A DNA stretch of 61,774 nucleotides, counting the filler. It is 6 parts of 6 records of this genome, joined end to end, with 100 filler letters (N's around TTAATTAATTAA, not from the genome) between each part and the next. Parts side by side here need not be neighbours in the genome. Positions count along the whole stretch, not along the records: positions 8,284 to 19,844 come from SRR31147125_3287; positions 19,945 to 36,739 come from SRR31147125_3296; 4 more parts are not named here. One strand, given 5' to 3'. Under the pieces are notes generated by a model. That model saw nothing but the letters and a program-made list of their open reading frames with translations. It did not search any database and had not been told where the DNA came from. Shown here in pieces: positions 10,069 through 21,454 of this stretch. The position numbers were made by a program, and so were the translations under genes. Each line of letters opens with the position of its first letter. Position 1 is the first letter of the stretch.

Positions 10069-11038
10069 ATATTTTTCTGATACCAGGCAATAGCCGCGTT
10101 GATTCCTCGCTCAAAGCTCCACTGGGGATCATATCCCAATAGTTCTTTGGCTTTGGATATATCGGCATTGCTGTGTTTGATATCACCGGCCCGGTCGAGC
10201 CCAAAGATAGGTTCTATCTCTTTCCCCAGTGCTTTGCAGAGGAAGTTATATACATCGATCAGATATTCCTGTCCGCCATACGCGATATTATACCCCTCCC
10301 CGGCAGATTCAGAAGGTGCAGCACAGGCTTTCAGGTTGGCTTCAATCACATTTTCAATATAGGTAAAGTCGCGGCTCTGTTTTCCATCACCATTAATAGT
10401 TGGCTGTTCATCGGCAAGTAGCTGCTTTATGAACTTTGGGATTACTGCGGCATAGGCTCCATCTGGATCCTGTCTGCGACCAAATACATTGAAATAACGT
10501 AAGCCATAGGTATCAAGACCATAGAGTTCTTTATAGAGGCGTCCATACTCTTCATTTACTTTTTTCGTCAGGGCATAGGGAGAGAGCACTTTACCTTCCC
10601 TGCCCTCTTTCTTGGGCAATGTGGGTTCATCCCCATAGACCGATGAGCTGACAGCATAGACAAACTTCTTCACGCCATTCTGACGGGAGGCTTCCATCAT
10701 ATTCAGGGTGCCGCGGATATTTATCTCTTCATACAGCAGCGGATACTCAATACTGCGGGGAACACTGCCCCAAGCGGCCTGATTCAAGACATAGTCCACA
10801 CCTTCAGTTGCCTGCAGGCAGGTATCCAGATTCCTGATATCACCTTTGATAAAGGTGAAGAGCGGGTTAGGTAAGAATAGTTCGATATTGTATGTATGGC
10901 CGTTAGACAGATCATCAAGACAGCGAACTTGATACCCAAGATTCAAGAGTGCTTCACAGAGGTTTGAACCGATGAATCCTGCTCCACCAGTTACGAGAAA
11001 TACTGAGTCTTTGGGAAATTCAATTCGCTGTAATGCAT
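10065..11038 (-). CDS. UDP-GlcNAc(A) C4-epimerase, WbpP/TviC-like SDR (frameshift close to the start)
   Basis: VTGGAGFIGSN upstream of the tracked ORF, QAAWGSVPRS, SPYALTK, LRYFNVFG; probable ATG at 11038 is one base out of frame. Confidence 0.85.
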
Positions 11039-11048
11039 TTTTTCAACC

Positions 11049-12356
11049 TTATAATCGCCAATAGGTATAGCCAAGTTTCTGGTACTGTTCTTTATCCAGA
11101 ATGCCTTTTATATCTACCAGTATTTTCTGACTTGATTCTCGAATATTGAACATATTGCCTACCTGATCAGCAGTAAGTTGTATAAATTCCTCATGAGCTA
11201 CTGCGATAATTACTGCATCCTCATTTTTTATCTCATCACAACCACAAAAAGAAATTCCGTACAGCCGCATGGCTTCTTCAGCATCTGCGACAGGGTCACA
11301 AACCTTTGGTGTGATTTCATACTCTTTCAATTCATTATAGATATCGATAACACGTGTATTACGAGTATCTGGACAGTTTTCTTTAAAAGTAAAACCCAAT
11401 ATTGCTACTTTTGCCTGCTTCACCTGCACATCGGCCTGGATTAATAATTTTACAGTATTTTCTGCTACCAGTTTTCCCATCGAGTCATTAATTTTTCTTC
11501 CTGCCAATATTATTTGGGATTTATAACCTAACTGTTCTGCTTTATAGGTAAGATAATAGGGATCCACACCAATACAGTGACCACCAACAAGTCCTGGAGT
11601 AAAGGGGAGAAAATTCCATTTTGTTCCTGCTGCTTTAAGAACGGCTTTTGTATCTATACCCATTCTGTTGAAGATGATAGAAAGCTCATTCATAAACGCA
11701 ATATTTATATCGCGTTGTGAGTTCTCAATTACCTTTGCTGCTTCGGCCACTTGAATGCTCTCAGCACGATAAATGCCAGCATCCACCACCATCTCATAGA
11801 CTTCGGCAATGGTATTCAAAGATTCTTCATCCATACCAGCAACTATTTTCACGATGGAGTTCAGACGATGGTCTGTGTCACCGGGATTAATTCGTTCTGG
11901 AGAATACCCTACCTTGAAATCTTTACCGCAAACCAGCCCTGATTCCTTTTCAAGAATTGGTACACAGATATCTTCAGTAACCCCGGGATAAACTGTAGAT
12001 TCATAAACTACGATCGATCCTTTCCGCAGGTTTTTACCCAATGTTCTGCTGGCATCTATAATAGGATCCAAATTGGGGGTGTGGTCGGAATTTACAGGAG
12101 TTGGCACTGCTATTATATGAAAGTTAGCTTTACGTAATTGGTTTTCTTCCGATGTGAATTCAACGGCTGTTTGGCTGATTACATCATTGCCGACTTCATT
12201 TGTTGGATCAATGCCAGACCTATAAAGATCAACTTTCTCTTTGTTGATATCAAAGCCGATTACATCTGTTTTTTCTGCAAAAGCAATTGCAATCGGCAAC
12301 CCAACATAACCCAGTCCGATTAGAGAAATCTTGATTCGATTATCTGAAATTTTCAA
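11049..12356 (-). CDS. UDP-N-acetylhexosamine 6-dehydrogenase (WbpO/TviB-like)
   Basis: GLGYVGLP, YESTVYPG, YSPERINPGD, GGHCIGVDP, FKENCPD. Confidence 0.9.
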   Translation of the reverse strand: MKISDNRIKISLIGLGYVGLPIAIAFAEKTDVIGFDINKEKVDLYRSGIDPTNEVGNDVISQTAVEFTSEENQLRKANFHIIAVPTPVNSDHTPNLDPIIDASRTLGKNLRKGSIVVYESTVYPGVTEDICVPILEKESGLVCGKDFKVGYSPERINPGDTDHRLNSIVKIVAGMDEESLNTIAEVYEMVVDAGIYRAESIQVAEAAKVIENSQRDINIAFMNELSIIFNRMGIDTKAVLKAAGTKWNFLPFTPGLVGGHCIGVDPYYLTYKAEQLGYKSQIILAGRKINDSMGKLVAENTVKLLIQADVQVKQAKVAILGFTFKENCPDTRNTRVIDIYNELKEYEITPKVCDPVADAEEAMRLYGISFCGCDEIKNEDAVIIAVAHEEFIQLTADQVGNMFNIRESSQKILVDIKGILDKEQYQKLGYTYWRL

Positions 12357-12444
12357 TATAAACTCTCATTAATACAATAATTATAATTTCATGGAATCTA
12401 TTAGTATCACTAAATTATAAAAAATATATTTGACTTACTTTTAT

Positions 12445-13337
12445 TTAACTTCTATTTTTATAATCATTAATCAGACTATTCTTTGCTATAACTTTCTTAG
12501 CGGCAATAACCATTGGCGGGCCAATGAATTTATTATTAAGTATTGCCACACCTTTATTGTCTAATTGAGCTTGTTCAAATAATCTCAACATCTCTTTTGC
12601 TTCATTGACTTCTTCTTCTGATGGTGTGAAATATTTATGGACCAAAGGTATTTCCTTTGGATGCAAAACAAGCATCCCTTCAAATCCCAAAGTTTTTGCT
12701 AATTCAAGGTTTTTTTCTAAATCATCCAAATCATGAATATTGATATGTACTGTATCAATCGGAATAATATTATTTGCTCTAGCTGCCATAGCAATTATAG
12801 CTCGAGGTGTAAATAAACTAACATGATCTTTATCATGGATTCCTTCCAAATCAGAAATAAAATCTTCACAACCATATGCAATAGCTATAACACGTTTTGA
12901 CGCCTGACATATATCTTGAGCATTCAATACAGCCCCAGCTGTTTCAATCAGGGGAATTATTTTATAAGTACCAGGTTGAATACCTTTTTCATATTCAATA
13001 GTTTCTAACAACTTATCAAAGAAATAGATATCATTTCCTGATTGTGATTTTGGATACATAAATCCCTCTATACCTTCGATTGTCAATTGATAGATATCCT
13101 TTAGGAGCTCCCGCTTTCCCTATCATTTATCCTTGGTATTATAATCTTATCTTTGAAAATTCCATCTTTAACCATCTTTACTATCTGATCTCTTGCTTTT
13201 TGCTTATTAGATACTGGTTGAACAGAATCCTCAATATCAATAAGGAGCACATCTGCTGTTGACCTGCTAGCACTATTCATAAGTCTCTCATTATGTCCGG
13301 GTACAAACATTAAACTTCTTAATAAATAATCTTTCAT
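12445..13337 (-). CDS. CitE/malyl-CoA lyase-like (HpcH/HpaI aldolase) protein, split by a frameshift near 13105
   Basis: RSLMFVPG, DIEDSV and PRIN in the 5' ORF; IETAGAV, GCEDF and LHPKEI in the 3' ORF; one extra G in a G-run rejoins them. Confidence 0.8.
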
Positions 13338-13418
13338 TTAACTCCCCTCCTAATATAAATACATTAACTATTTGATATTCAAAACAAAAATAAGTTTAAA
13401 TATTACATAATTAGAATA

Positions 13419-13868
13419 CTATCTCTCTTTTGGAATTAGTACATGCCTTCGAAATGTTAATACTTTAATATTTTCTTGATTATAAACTCTTGATTCAACA
13501 TATACAATTCCACGATCATTTTTTGATTTTGATTCTCGTTTATCTAGTATTTCTGTTTCTACTTTAATAGTATCACCAATAAAAACAGGAGCATTATGAG
13601 TCACCGTTTCATAATCTAAATTAGCTATCGCCTTTCCACTTATATCAGATACAGTTATTCCAACTGCCAGGCTAAAAACTAAAGTTCCAACAACTAAGAT
13701 TTGTTCATGTTGATGGTTTTTACAATATTCAACATCTAAATGCACTGGATGATGATTCATAGTTATTAATGAGAATATATTATTATCACTTTCAAGTATT
13801 GTTTTAGTCTTATCGTGATGTATTGTTTGACCGATTATAAAATCTTCAAAGAATCTACCAAATGACAT
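13419..13868 (-). CDS. MaoC-family (R)-specific enoyl-CoA hydratase/dehydratase
   Basis: MSFGRFFEDF, TMNHHPVHLD, PVFIGDT; own RBS GAGGTG before ATG 13868, in frame with the upstream acyltransferase. Confidence 0.8.
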   Translation of the reverse strand: MSFGRFFEDFIIGQTIHHDKTKTILESDNNIFSLITMNHHPVHLDVEYCKNHQHEQILVVGTLVFSLAVGITVSDISGKAIANLDYETVTHNAPVFIGDTIKVETEILDKRESKSKNDRGIVYVESRVYNQENIKVLTFRRHVLIPKER

Positions 13869-14531
13869 ATCACACCTCTTTTTAGTCTTTAATACTCTTG
13901 CAGGGTTACCAACTACAATACATTTTTCTGAAACATCCTTTAAGACTACAGAACCAGCCCCAATCAATGAAAAATCTCCAATGATAACTTTTTCACGAAT
14001 TGTTGAGTTACTACCGACATGGCAAGCTTTACCAACCTTTACATTAGCTCCTACTACACTATTTGTTGCCAAATGTGCAAACTCATCTAAAAAACTATCA
14101 TGTCCCAAAAATGAATTTCCTAACATTATACAGTGATTGGATATTGTTGTATCTGGTGATAATTGGCAATAAGGAGCCATCATAACCCCATATCCTATTT
14201 TTGAAAAATTATACGGAACTACCGCAGTTGGATGAATAAGGGAAGCAATCCGATCTTCAGGAATACTAAGTGATTTAATTTTTCTGTAAGTTTCTTCTTC
14301 TTTCTGCATGCCTACATACCCTATAAAGAAACTTACATCCTTATCTTTTGCAAAATCTATATATTTCTCTGATTTACCTAGAATAGGAAATTTCCTAAAT
14401 TTTCCTATTAAGGTCCCTTTCTTCTCAAAATCATTTAAAAAACCTAATACTTCGATATTGCCAATATCTGTTGCCACAGAGGCCGCAATCATTCCGATTC
14501 CAGTTCCTCCTAAAATAATTAATTTTTTCAT
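13869..14531 (-). CDS. NeuD/PglD-like hexapeptide-repeat sugar N/O-acyltransferase (reads through into MaoC as assembled)
   Basis: LIILGG.G, GFLND, IHPTA, hexapeptide repeats, GAGSVV, VVGNPAR. Confidence 0.8.
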
Positions 14532-14721
14532 ACTGCCCTTCTTTCCAATAGATTATTAATCACTTGAAAAATAACAAAAATGATGAATTCTACACATATA
14601 AGAAATAATCTACAATTAAATAAAATTAATTCATGTATTAATTAGAATAAACCTATTTTTGTGTAATTAATACAATAACATATCCTAAAGATTGTTCTTC
14701 AGTATTGATTCAAAACTTAAA

Positions 14722-15852
14722 TTATCTCTCTTTTTGCCAAACGATTCTTTTCACGTAATCAACATAAGACAGAATGATTCTTAATACTTTATCAGAAACA
14801 TTTGGCATAGAATAATCTGCTACAGTCCTTAAAATGTTATTGTCTTGTGATTCAAGTATCTTTAAGCCTTGTAGTATTCTTTCTTTTTCAAGACCAACCA
14901 TCATTACCACACCTTCTTCCATGGCTTCTGGTCGTTCATGTGTTTGTCTAATGTTCAATGCATTAAACCCAAGAATTGATGATTCTTCACTTATTGTCCC
15001 ACTATCACTTAGAACAAACCTAGCATTTTTCTGTAATTTTATATAATCAATGAATCCAATAGGCTTTAAAGTTTGAATCAATTTATTAAACTTCACTCCT
15101 TTTTTATCAATCATTTTTCTAGTTCGAGGGTGTGTACTGATAATTATTGGCAACTTATAGATTTCTGCAATTGTATTTAAGCTTTCGACCAGTTCAAAAA
15201 AATTTTTTTCTGAGTTAATATTTTCTTCTCTATGAGTAGATACTACTAAATACTCACGAACATTTATTTTTAATTCATGTAAAATCTTAGAGTTCTCAAT
15301 GGCTTCATTCATAGAATTAATAACTTCAAACATAGGACTACCTGTTTTTATTATTCGATCAGCTGGCAACCCTTCATGCAATAAGTATTCTCGAGCTATA
15401 TCGCTATAAGGCATATTTATATCTGCTATATGATCAACTATTTTTCGATTAACTTCTTCTGGAACCCTTTGGTCAAAACACCTGTTACCCGCTTCCATAT
15501 GGAAAACTGGTATATGTTTTCTTTTGGCGGCAACTGCACATAAGCAACTGTTAGTATCCCCTAGAACCAAAAAAGCATCAGGGTTAACAGACTCTAATAC
15601 TGGATCAATACTGATAAATATATTACCGATTGTCGCTATAGCTGAACCGGTAGCAGAATTTAAAAAGTAATCGGGTTTTCTTAAATCTAAATCATTGAAA
15701 AACACTTCATTCAATTCATAATCATAATTCTGCCCTGTGTGTACTAATATATGTTCAATAGCTTCAGAGTTTTCCAGCTTATGGATTACAGCTGATAATC
15801 GTATTATTTCGGGGCGTGTTCCAACCACTGTCATTACTTTCAATCGTTTCAT
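14722..15852 (-). CDS. fnlC: UDP-N-acetyl-L-talosamine 2-epimerase (FnlC/CapG)
   Basis: VGTRPEIIRL, HTGQNYD, HMEAGNRCFD, SDSGT; third gene of the FnlABC block. Confidence 0.85.
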   Translation of the reverse strand: MKRLKVMTVVGTRPEIIRLSAVIHKLENSEAIEHILVHTGQNYDYELNEVFFNDLDLRKPDYFLNSATGSAIATIGNIFISIDPVLESVNPDAFLVLGDTNSCLCAVAAKRKHIPVFHMEAGNRCFDQRVPEEVNRKIVDHIADINMPYSDIAREYLLHEGLPADRIIKTGSPMFEVINSMNEAIENSKILHELKINVREYLVVSTHREENINSEKNFFELVESLNTIAEIYKLPIIISTHPRTRKMIDKKGVKFNKLIQTLKPIGFIDYIKLQKNARFVLSDSGTISEESSILGFNALNIRQTHERPEAMEEGVVMMVGLEKERILQGLKILESQDNNILRTVADYSMPNVSDKVLRIILSYVDYVKRIVWQKER

Positions 15853-15855
15853 GAA

Positions 15856-16966
15856 TTACACCTCTTCAAAATAAGTGTCAGGATGATTTGGATTAAATAC
15901 TTCATTTGCCCACATTACCGTGACCATATCAGTATCACCAGTATTCTCTATTGAATGTGAATAACCTATTGGAATATCAACAACTTGAAGCTTCTTACCA
16001 CTAACAAGGTATTCAATAATTTCCCCTCCATTAATTTGTCTAAATCTTATAACCCCCACCACTAACAACTAAAAACTTTTCATTTTTGGTGTGATGCCAA
16101 TGATTTCCCTTCGTAATACCAGACTTGGAGATATTAATTGAGATTTGCCCTCTTTCTGGAGTTCTTATAAATTCAGTAAACGAACCACGTAAATCTTCAT
16201 GCATAGTCAAATCATATGAAAATTCATGCTCAGGAATAAAACTTAAATATGTACTATATAATTTCTTTATTAATGGATTACTATTATCTGGAACTGACAA
16301 CTCAGTTCTACTACTCTTAAAGGACTTCAGAATCTCAGCTAAATCCCCCATTGAGATAGAATGCTCTACAGGAACTGAGCAGAATCCATTCATATCAAAT
16401 GTTGGAAAATTATTTAATGCCCGTTTAAATTCATCAAGTACATCATCAATATAGCATAATCTTAAAATTGTGTTTGGGTTATTTATTTGTATATCAATTC
16501 CTCTTGAGATATTATAACAAAAGGTTGCTATTACTGTATTATAATTCGGCCTACTCCACTTTCCAAATAAATTGGGTAGGCGATAGATATATACAGGAAC
16601 ATTATGAGCTTGACTATATGAGAAAAGCAAATCTTCTCCTGCCTTTTTACTTAATCCATAAGGATTATTTTTTGATGCTTGTATCGAAGATGTAACCAAT
16701 ACTGGAGCTTTATTATTATTAAATTTAAGATACTCTATTAATAAGGAAGTGAATCCTACGTTACCATCTATGAATTCCTTATTTTGCTTAGGTCGGTTTA
16801 CCCCAGCCAGATGAAAAACAAAGTCACATTTTCTTGTATAGTTTTTAAGAAGATCTTTTTCTGTATCAATATCGAATTCATACAGATCAAAATTGTTTTG
16901 TGCTTTTAGTTCAGCAATAAGATTTCTTCCAACAAATCCTTTAGCACCAGTTATAAGTATTTTCAT
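15856..16966 (-). CDS. fnlB: FnlB/CapF reductase with C-terminal cupin, frameshifted near 16050
   Basis: ITGAKGFVG, HLAGVNRP, NLFGKWSRPNYN, GNHWHHTKNEKF; C-terminus continues in ORF 15856-16068. Confidence 0.85.
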
Positions 16967-17985
16967 ACAATATTCCACGAAGCTAATTCATTTCTTATAT
17001 ATTCTAGAGTTAATAACTTACTTTTAATTTTCTCTACACTCATTCGTTCAGTATTATCTGAATTATATTCTTTTTCTGTTGATAATTCTTGATCTCCTTC
17101 AATAAAGAATTTATCATAATTTAAATCCCTAGTATCTGCAGGGACTCTAAAAAAATTACCCATATCCTCAGCAACAAGATATTCCTCTCTGGTCAGTAGT
17201 GTTTCATACCGTTTCTCACCATGCCTAGTCCCAATAATTTTTATTCCATTTGAAACATTGAATAATTCTTGTAAAGCTAGAGCAAGATCTTTAATAGTTG
17301 AAGCTGGGGATTTTTGCACCATAATATCTCCTGCATCAGCATGTTTAAATGCGAAAAGAACTAATTCTACTGCTTCTTCCAAACTCATGAGAAATCTTGT
17401 CATCTTGGGATCTGTAATAGTAAGTGGTTGCTTGTTTTTAATTTGGTCTATGAAGTGAGGAATTACTGATCCTCTAGAAGCCATTACATTACCATATCTT
17501 GTTCCACATATTAATGTTTTATCTGATGAAACTATTTTTGATTTAGCAACAAATACTTTCTCCATCATAGCTTTTGATATACCCATTGCATTTATGGGAT
17601 AGGCAGCCTTATCAGTTGATAAACAAACAACTTTTTTTACTCCACAAGATATTGCAGTATTTAAAACATTTTCAGTCCCAAGAATATTTGTTTTAACAGC
17701 TTCCATAGGGAAAAACTCACATGATGGAACTTGCTTCAGAGCTGCTGCATGGAATACAAAATCAATTCCATACATTGCATCTCTTAAACTTTCAGAATTT
17801 CTAACATTACCTATATAAAATTTAATTTTGGGATTATTATAAGTTGTCCGCATATCATGCTGTTTCTTTTCATCTCTAGAAAAAATCCTTATTTCTTTGA
17901 TTTCAGTATTTAGGAAACGATTCAAAACAGCATTCCCAAACGAACCGGTTCCTCCTATAATTAAAATTGATTTTCCATTAAACAT
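16963..17985 (-). CDS. fnlA: UDP-GlcNAc 4,6-dehydratase/5-epimerase (FnlA/CapE)
   Basis: GGTGSFG, SRDEKKQ, HAAALKQVPSCE, TRYGNVMASRGSV; likely start MFNGK. Confidence 0.88.
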   Translation of the reverse strand: MFNGKSILIIGGTGSFGNAVLNRFLNTEIKEIRIFSRDEKKQHDMRTTYNNPKIKFYIGNVRNSESLRDAMYGIDFVFHAAALKQVPSCEFFPMEAVKTNILGTENVLNTAISCGVKKVVCLSTDKAAYPINAMGISKAMMEKVFVAKSKIVSSDKTLICGTRYGNVMASRGSVIPHFIDQIKNKQPLTITDPKMTRFLMSLEEAVELVLFAFKHADAGDIMVQKSPASTIKDLALALQELFNVSNGIKIIGTRHGEKRYETLLTREEYLVAEDMGNFFRVPADTRDLNYDKFFIEGDQELSTEKEYNSDNTERMSVEKIKSKLLTLEYIRNELASWNIV

Positions 17986-18056
17986 ACGATATCTCCAAAA
18001 TCTATTCTCCAATACATATCATAATACAATTCTTGAAATAGTCCATGTATACGCTC

Positions 18057-19142
18057 TTACTTTAGAATTTGATCACAAATATAATTGATATCATCACTAG
18101 TCAATTCTGTATATAAAGGTAAGCATAAAACATTTTGCGCAATATTTTTTGCTATCGGAGTATTACCAGGGCTAAATAAATTTTCATAACATTTGAATGT
18201 ATTTGTTAGTGGATAAAAATATTTCCTTGCTAACACACCTATTGAAGCGAGTTCCTCACATACTTGATTTCTTGTTTTCTTGTATCCATCCAAAACAATT
18301 GGAAAATAGGCATAATTAGATTTAACCATTTTCTGCTTTTTATTAATATTTAGACCTTTAACACCAAACAGTCTATTATTATAGGTATTAACAAGTTCTT
18401 TTCTTATCTTTATTTCATTGTCTATGTATTTGAGATTACATAACCCCATCGCTGCATTCATTTCAGTCATTTTCGCATTTGTACCAATTATTGGCACACT
18501 CTCTTGTCCATTCATACCAAATTGTCTTAATTGAGCTAATAATGATTTCCGATTATCATCATTATATGTTAAACAACCACCTTCAATAGTGTTAAATACC
18601 TTTGTTGCATGAAAACTGAACATGGAGATATCACCAAAAGATCCTATTGATTTATCAAACACTTTTTCACCAAAAGCATGAGCCGCATCATATATTATTT
18701 TAAGATTATACTTTTTAGCTAATATATCAATTTCCTCTACATCACATACATTACCATAGACATGAACAGGAAGAATAGCCGATGTATCAGGTGTGATCAA
18801 CTCCTCTATCTTTGATACATCAATAGTATAAAAGTCATCTCGTATATCACAAAAAACTGGTTTCAGATGGTTACGAACAATAGCTTGTGTAGTTGAAGAA
18901 AATGTAAAGGGAGTTGTAATAATCTCTCCCGTTAATTTGAGTGATTCTATTGCTAGTTCTAATGCAAGATGACCATTTGCAAAAAGAGAAACATTATTAA
19001 CATCTAAGTAGGTTTCAAGTTTTTTTTCCAATAGTTGATGTTTGGGACCTGAATGAGTAAGTATTTTAGTATCCCACATATCCTTTATTTCTTCAAAAAA
19101 TTCATCCATAGGGGGCATGGAAGGTTTAACTACCGGAATCAT
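18057..19142 (-). CDS. DegT/DnrJ/EryC1/StrS sugar aminotransferase (VioA-like)
   Basis: YDAAHAFG, SFHATKVFNTIEGG, YFYP. Confidence 0.88.
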   Translation of the reverse strand: MIPVVKPSMPPMDEFFEEIKDMWDTKILTHSGPKHQLLEKKLETYLDVNNVSLFANGHLALELAIESLKLTGEIITTPFTFSSTTQAIVRNHLKPVFCDIRDDFYTIDVSKIEELITPDTSAILPVHVYGNVCDVEEIDILAKKYNLKIIYDAAHAFGEKVFDKSIGSFGDISMFSFHATKVFNTIEGGCLTYNDDNRKSLLAQLRQFGMNGQESVPIIGTNAKMTEMNAAMGLCNLKYIDNEIKIRKELVNTYNNRLFGVKGLNINKKQKMVKSNYAYFPIVLDGYKKTRNQVCEELASIGVLARKYFYPLTNTFKCYENLFSPGNTPIAKNIAQNVLCLPLYTELTSDDINYICDQILK

Positions 19143-19170
19143 TTTGTTCCTCCATATAAACCAATTTCGG

Positions 19171-19844
19171 CTATTTAGCTTTATTGAAAATATCTTCTAT
19201 AAGTTTGCTTTGCAGACTGATTTCATTCATTGCCGCATTTCTTGCATTTTTATTTTCCATACTAGTATAAAACCGTTCTATCGAATGTACAAATTGATCA
19301 TCTGCATCAATCTCAATGGTTTTATCACCATTTTTATTATTGAGTATTAGACACGTTTTTAAATCGGCTGGTGGTGTAAATATTCTCGGTGCGAATAGAG
19401 AGCCATAACTACCCCATATTTCTAAATCACATTTATAAGAATTATCCATCCCAAAAGAAATATGAGCACTAACATTTTCTTTATTGGTTAACATAGCACT
19501 TCCATAAACATCTACATCATGATTTTTTGCTTGATTTAAAATAGATGCCTTAACATAAGTTGTTTCTCCAAGAAGAATTGAAACTAACTTAGTTGGATAT
19601 CCTCCACAATCATAAAGAGCACCGCCTCCACTTTTCGCATAATACCTAAAATCTCCAATCCCACGATATGGGAATCCAAATTCAGCCCTAATTCTTCTAA
19701 TATCTCCAATTTCATTTGAATTTATAAGGTGTATTATTTTAGTTAGTTGTTTATGATAAGGGAACGCATAATTCTCATGTACAGCCAGATTATCTTTGCT
19801 TGCATATTTCAACATAGATAATGTGCTTTTAAAGTGGGTAGAAA
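19171..19844 (-). CDS. Gfo/Idh/MocA oxidoreductase, NDP-sugar 3-ketoreductase-like (5' truncated)
   Basis: ENYAFPYH, AEFGFP, GGGALYDCGGYP, FGMDNSY. Confidence 0.7.
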
Positions 19845-19944
19845 NNNNNNNNNNNNNNNNNNNNNNNNNNNNNNNNNNNNNNNNNNNNTTAATTAATTAA
19901 NNNNNNNNNNNNNNNNNNNNNNNNNNNNNNNNNNNNNNNNNNNN
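19845..19944. other. Artificial contig spacer
   Basis: N-run, TTAATTAATTAA, N-run. Confidence 0.97.
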
Positions 19945-20000
19945 AATTTCCTCTTCTTTTTCAAAATCATTTCGATAAATGGATGCCGAAGAAAGCTTTT

Positions 20001-20642
20001 TCATTTTTTTAATCCGTACACCCACATAAAAATAATAAAAGGTATAAAAATGAAAAGGACAAAAGGATGACCTGCCATTAGTATAAAATCGTAAACGCCA
20101 TGAAGAAGTACCGGGTAGATTAAGGCTGCCCGGATCAACTTTATTTTTCGATCGGGATAAAATTTAGCTAGACCAAGAAAGAAGCCCATGGTTACCCCAA
20201 ATAGAAAATGTGCGGGAACTGCTGTAAATGCTCTGGTAAAAGCAACACTACTGCCGTAGTCAAAAACATACATGATATTTTCTACAGCTGCAAATCCGAG
20301 CGAAATATAAACGGCATATACAATGCCATCAAACTTTTCGTTAAACTCAGGACTTTTCCACACCAAAAAATATAAAAACAGAAACTTGAAAAATTCTTCA
20401 GTAAATGCTGCTACAACAAAAGCATGCCAGAAGGCTTTGGTAGTTCCGGTAAACAAATCCAAAAACTGCATGAAAAATTCTTCAACAAAAAGAATGGGAA
20501 GAACTGAGATTGCACCGAACAACAAGGCAGTAAAAAGCATTCGGAAAGGTTCTTTTTCGTACTTATCACGAAACCAAATGTATGCTAAAAGAATAGCTAC
20601 AGGTGCCAGTGCCAGTATAATCAGTTCTGTTTGCATGGGCAT
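20001..20642 (-). CDS. prsW: PrsW-family intramembrane protease
   Basis: DKYEKEP, EEFFK, DGIVY, LGFAAVEN, VPAH, HGVYD. Confidence 0.85.
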   Translation of the reverse strand: MPMQTELIILALAPVAILLAYIWFRDKYEKEPFRMLFTALLFGAISVLPILFVEEFFMQFLDLFTGTTKAFWHAFVVAAFTEEFFKFLFLYFLVWKSPEFNEKFDGIVYAVYISLGFAAVENIMYVFDYGSSVAFTRAFTAVPAHFLFGVTMGFFLGLAKFYPDRKIKLIRAALIYPVLLHGVYDFILMAGHPFVLFIFIPFIIFMWVYGLKK

Positions 20643-21454
20643 TAAATTTCAGCAATCAGTTTCTTTAAAATAAGGGTCATTTTGGGTTCTGATTTCATGG
20701 CAACTTCCTGAACTTCTTCATGTGAAATTTCAACAATCTCACCAGGAACACCGCTATCAGTAACAATGGAAATGCCGAATACCTTCATTCCCATGTGCTT
20801 GGCAACAATCACCTCCGGCACGGTTGACATGCCCACAACATCGCCGCCAAGAATTCGGAACATCTTATATTCGGCTGGGGTTTCGAAGGTTGGACCTTGT
20901 ACGCCAATATATACACCTTCTTTAATGTCGATATTATTTTTGAGGGCGATTAATCGTGCCTTGTGCCGAAGTTCTTTCGTGTAAACCTGGCTCATGTCTG
21001 GGAAGCGTGGTCCTAGTTCATCAATATTTTCACCATGCAGCGGATGTTCCGGGAACATGTTAATATGGTCGTTAATAATCATCAAATCACCAATATTGTA
21101 ATCTGGATTAAGACCTCCGGTGGCATTTGAAACAAACAGGTAGTTAATGCCCATTTTTTTCATTACCCGAACCGGGAAGGTTACATCTTTCATCTCATAA
21201 CCTTCATAATAATGAAAGCGGCCTTGCATGGCCAGCACCTTTTTCCCGCCAAGTGAACCAAAAATTAGTTGACCGTTATGACCGTCAACGGTAGATACAG
21301 GGAAGTTCGGGATTTCCTTGTAAGGGATGGTTGCACTTATTTCGATTTCATTAACCAGACCTCCAAGTCCTGAGCCAAGAATTATTCCGATCTCAGCTTG
21401 ATCTGCTATTCGTTCGCTTATGAAGTTCGCGGTTGCTTCTATTGTCTTTAACAT
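20642..21454 (-). CDS. punA: Purine-nucleoside phosphorylase
   Basis: IILGSGLG, QGRFHYYEG, GPTFETPAE, VGMSTVPE. Confidence 0.93.
   Translation of the reverse strand: MLKTIEATANFISERIADQAEIGIILGSGLGGLVNEIEISATIPYKEIPNFPVSTVDGHNGQLIFGSLGGKKVLAMQGRFHYYEGYEMKDVTFPVRVMKKMGINYLFVSNATGGLNPDYNIGDLMIINDHINMFPEHPLHGENIDELGPRFPDMSQVYTKELRHKARLIALKNNIDIKEGVYIGVQGPTFETPAEYKMFRILGGDVVGMSTVPEVIVAKHMGMKVFGISIVTDSGVPGEIVEISHEEVQEVAMKSEPKMTLILKKLIAEI

Noticed and set aside
13419-14531. Novel acyltransferase-MaoC fusion protein (370 aa)
   Set aside because: MaoC has its own RBS and ATG at 13868, and one extra A near the junction would create a stop; the fusion may be an indel artefact
21393-21454. lpxK/punA overlap, and the convergent folK/upp overlap at 24863-24885
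   Set aside because: Short overlaps between housekeeping genes with no further signal
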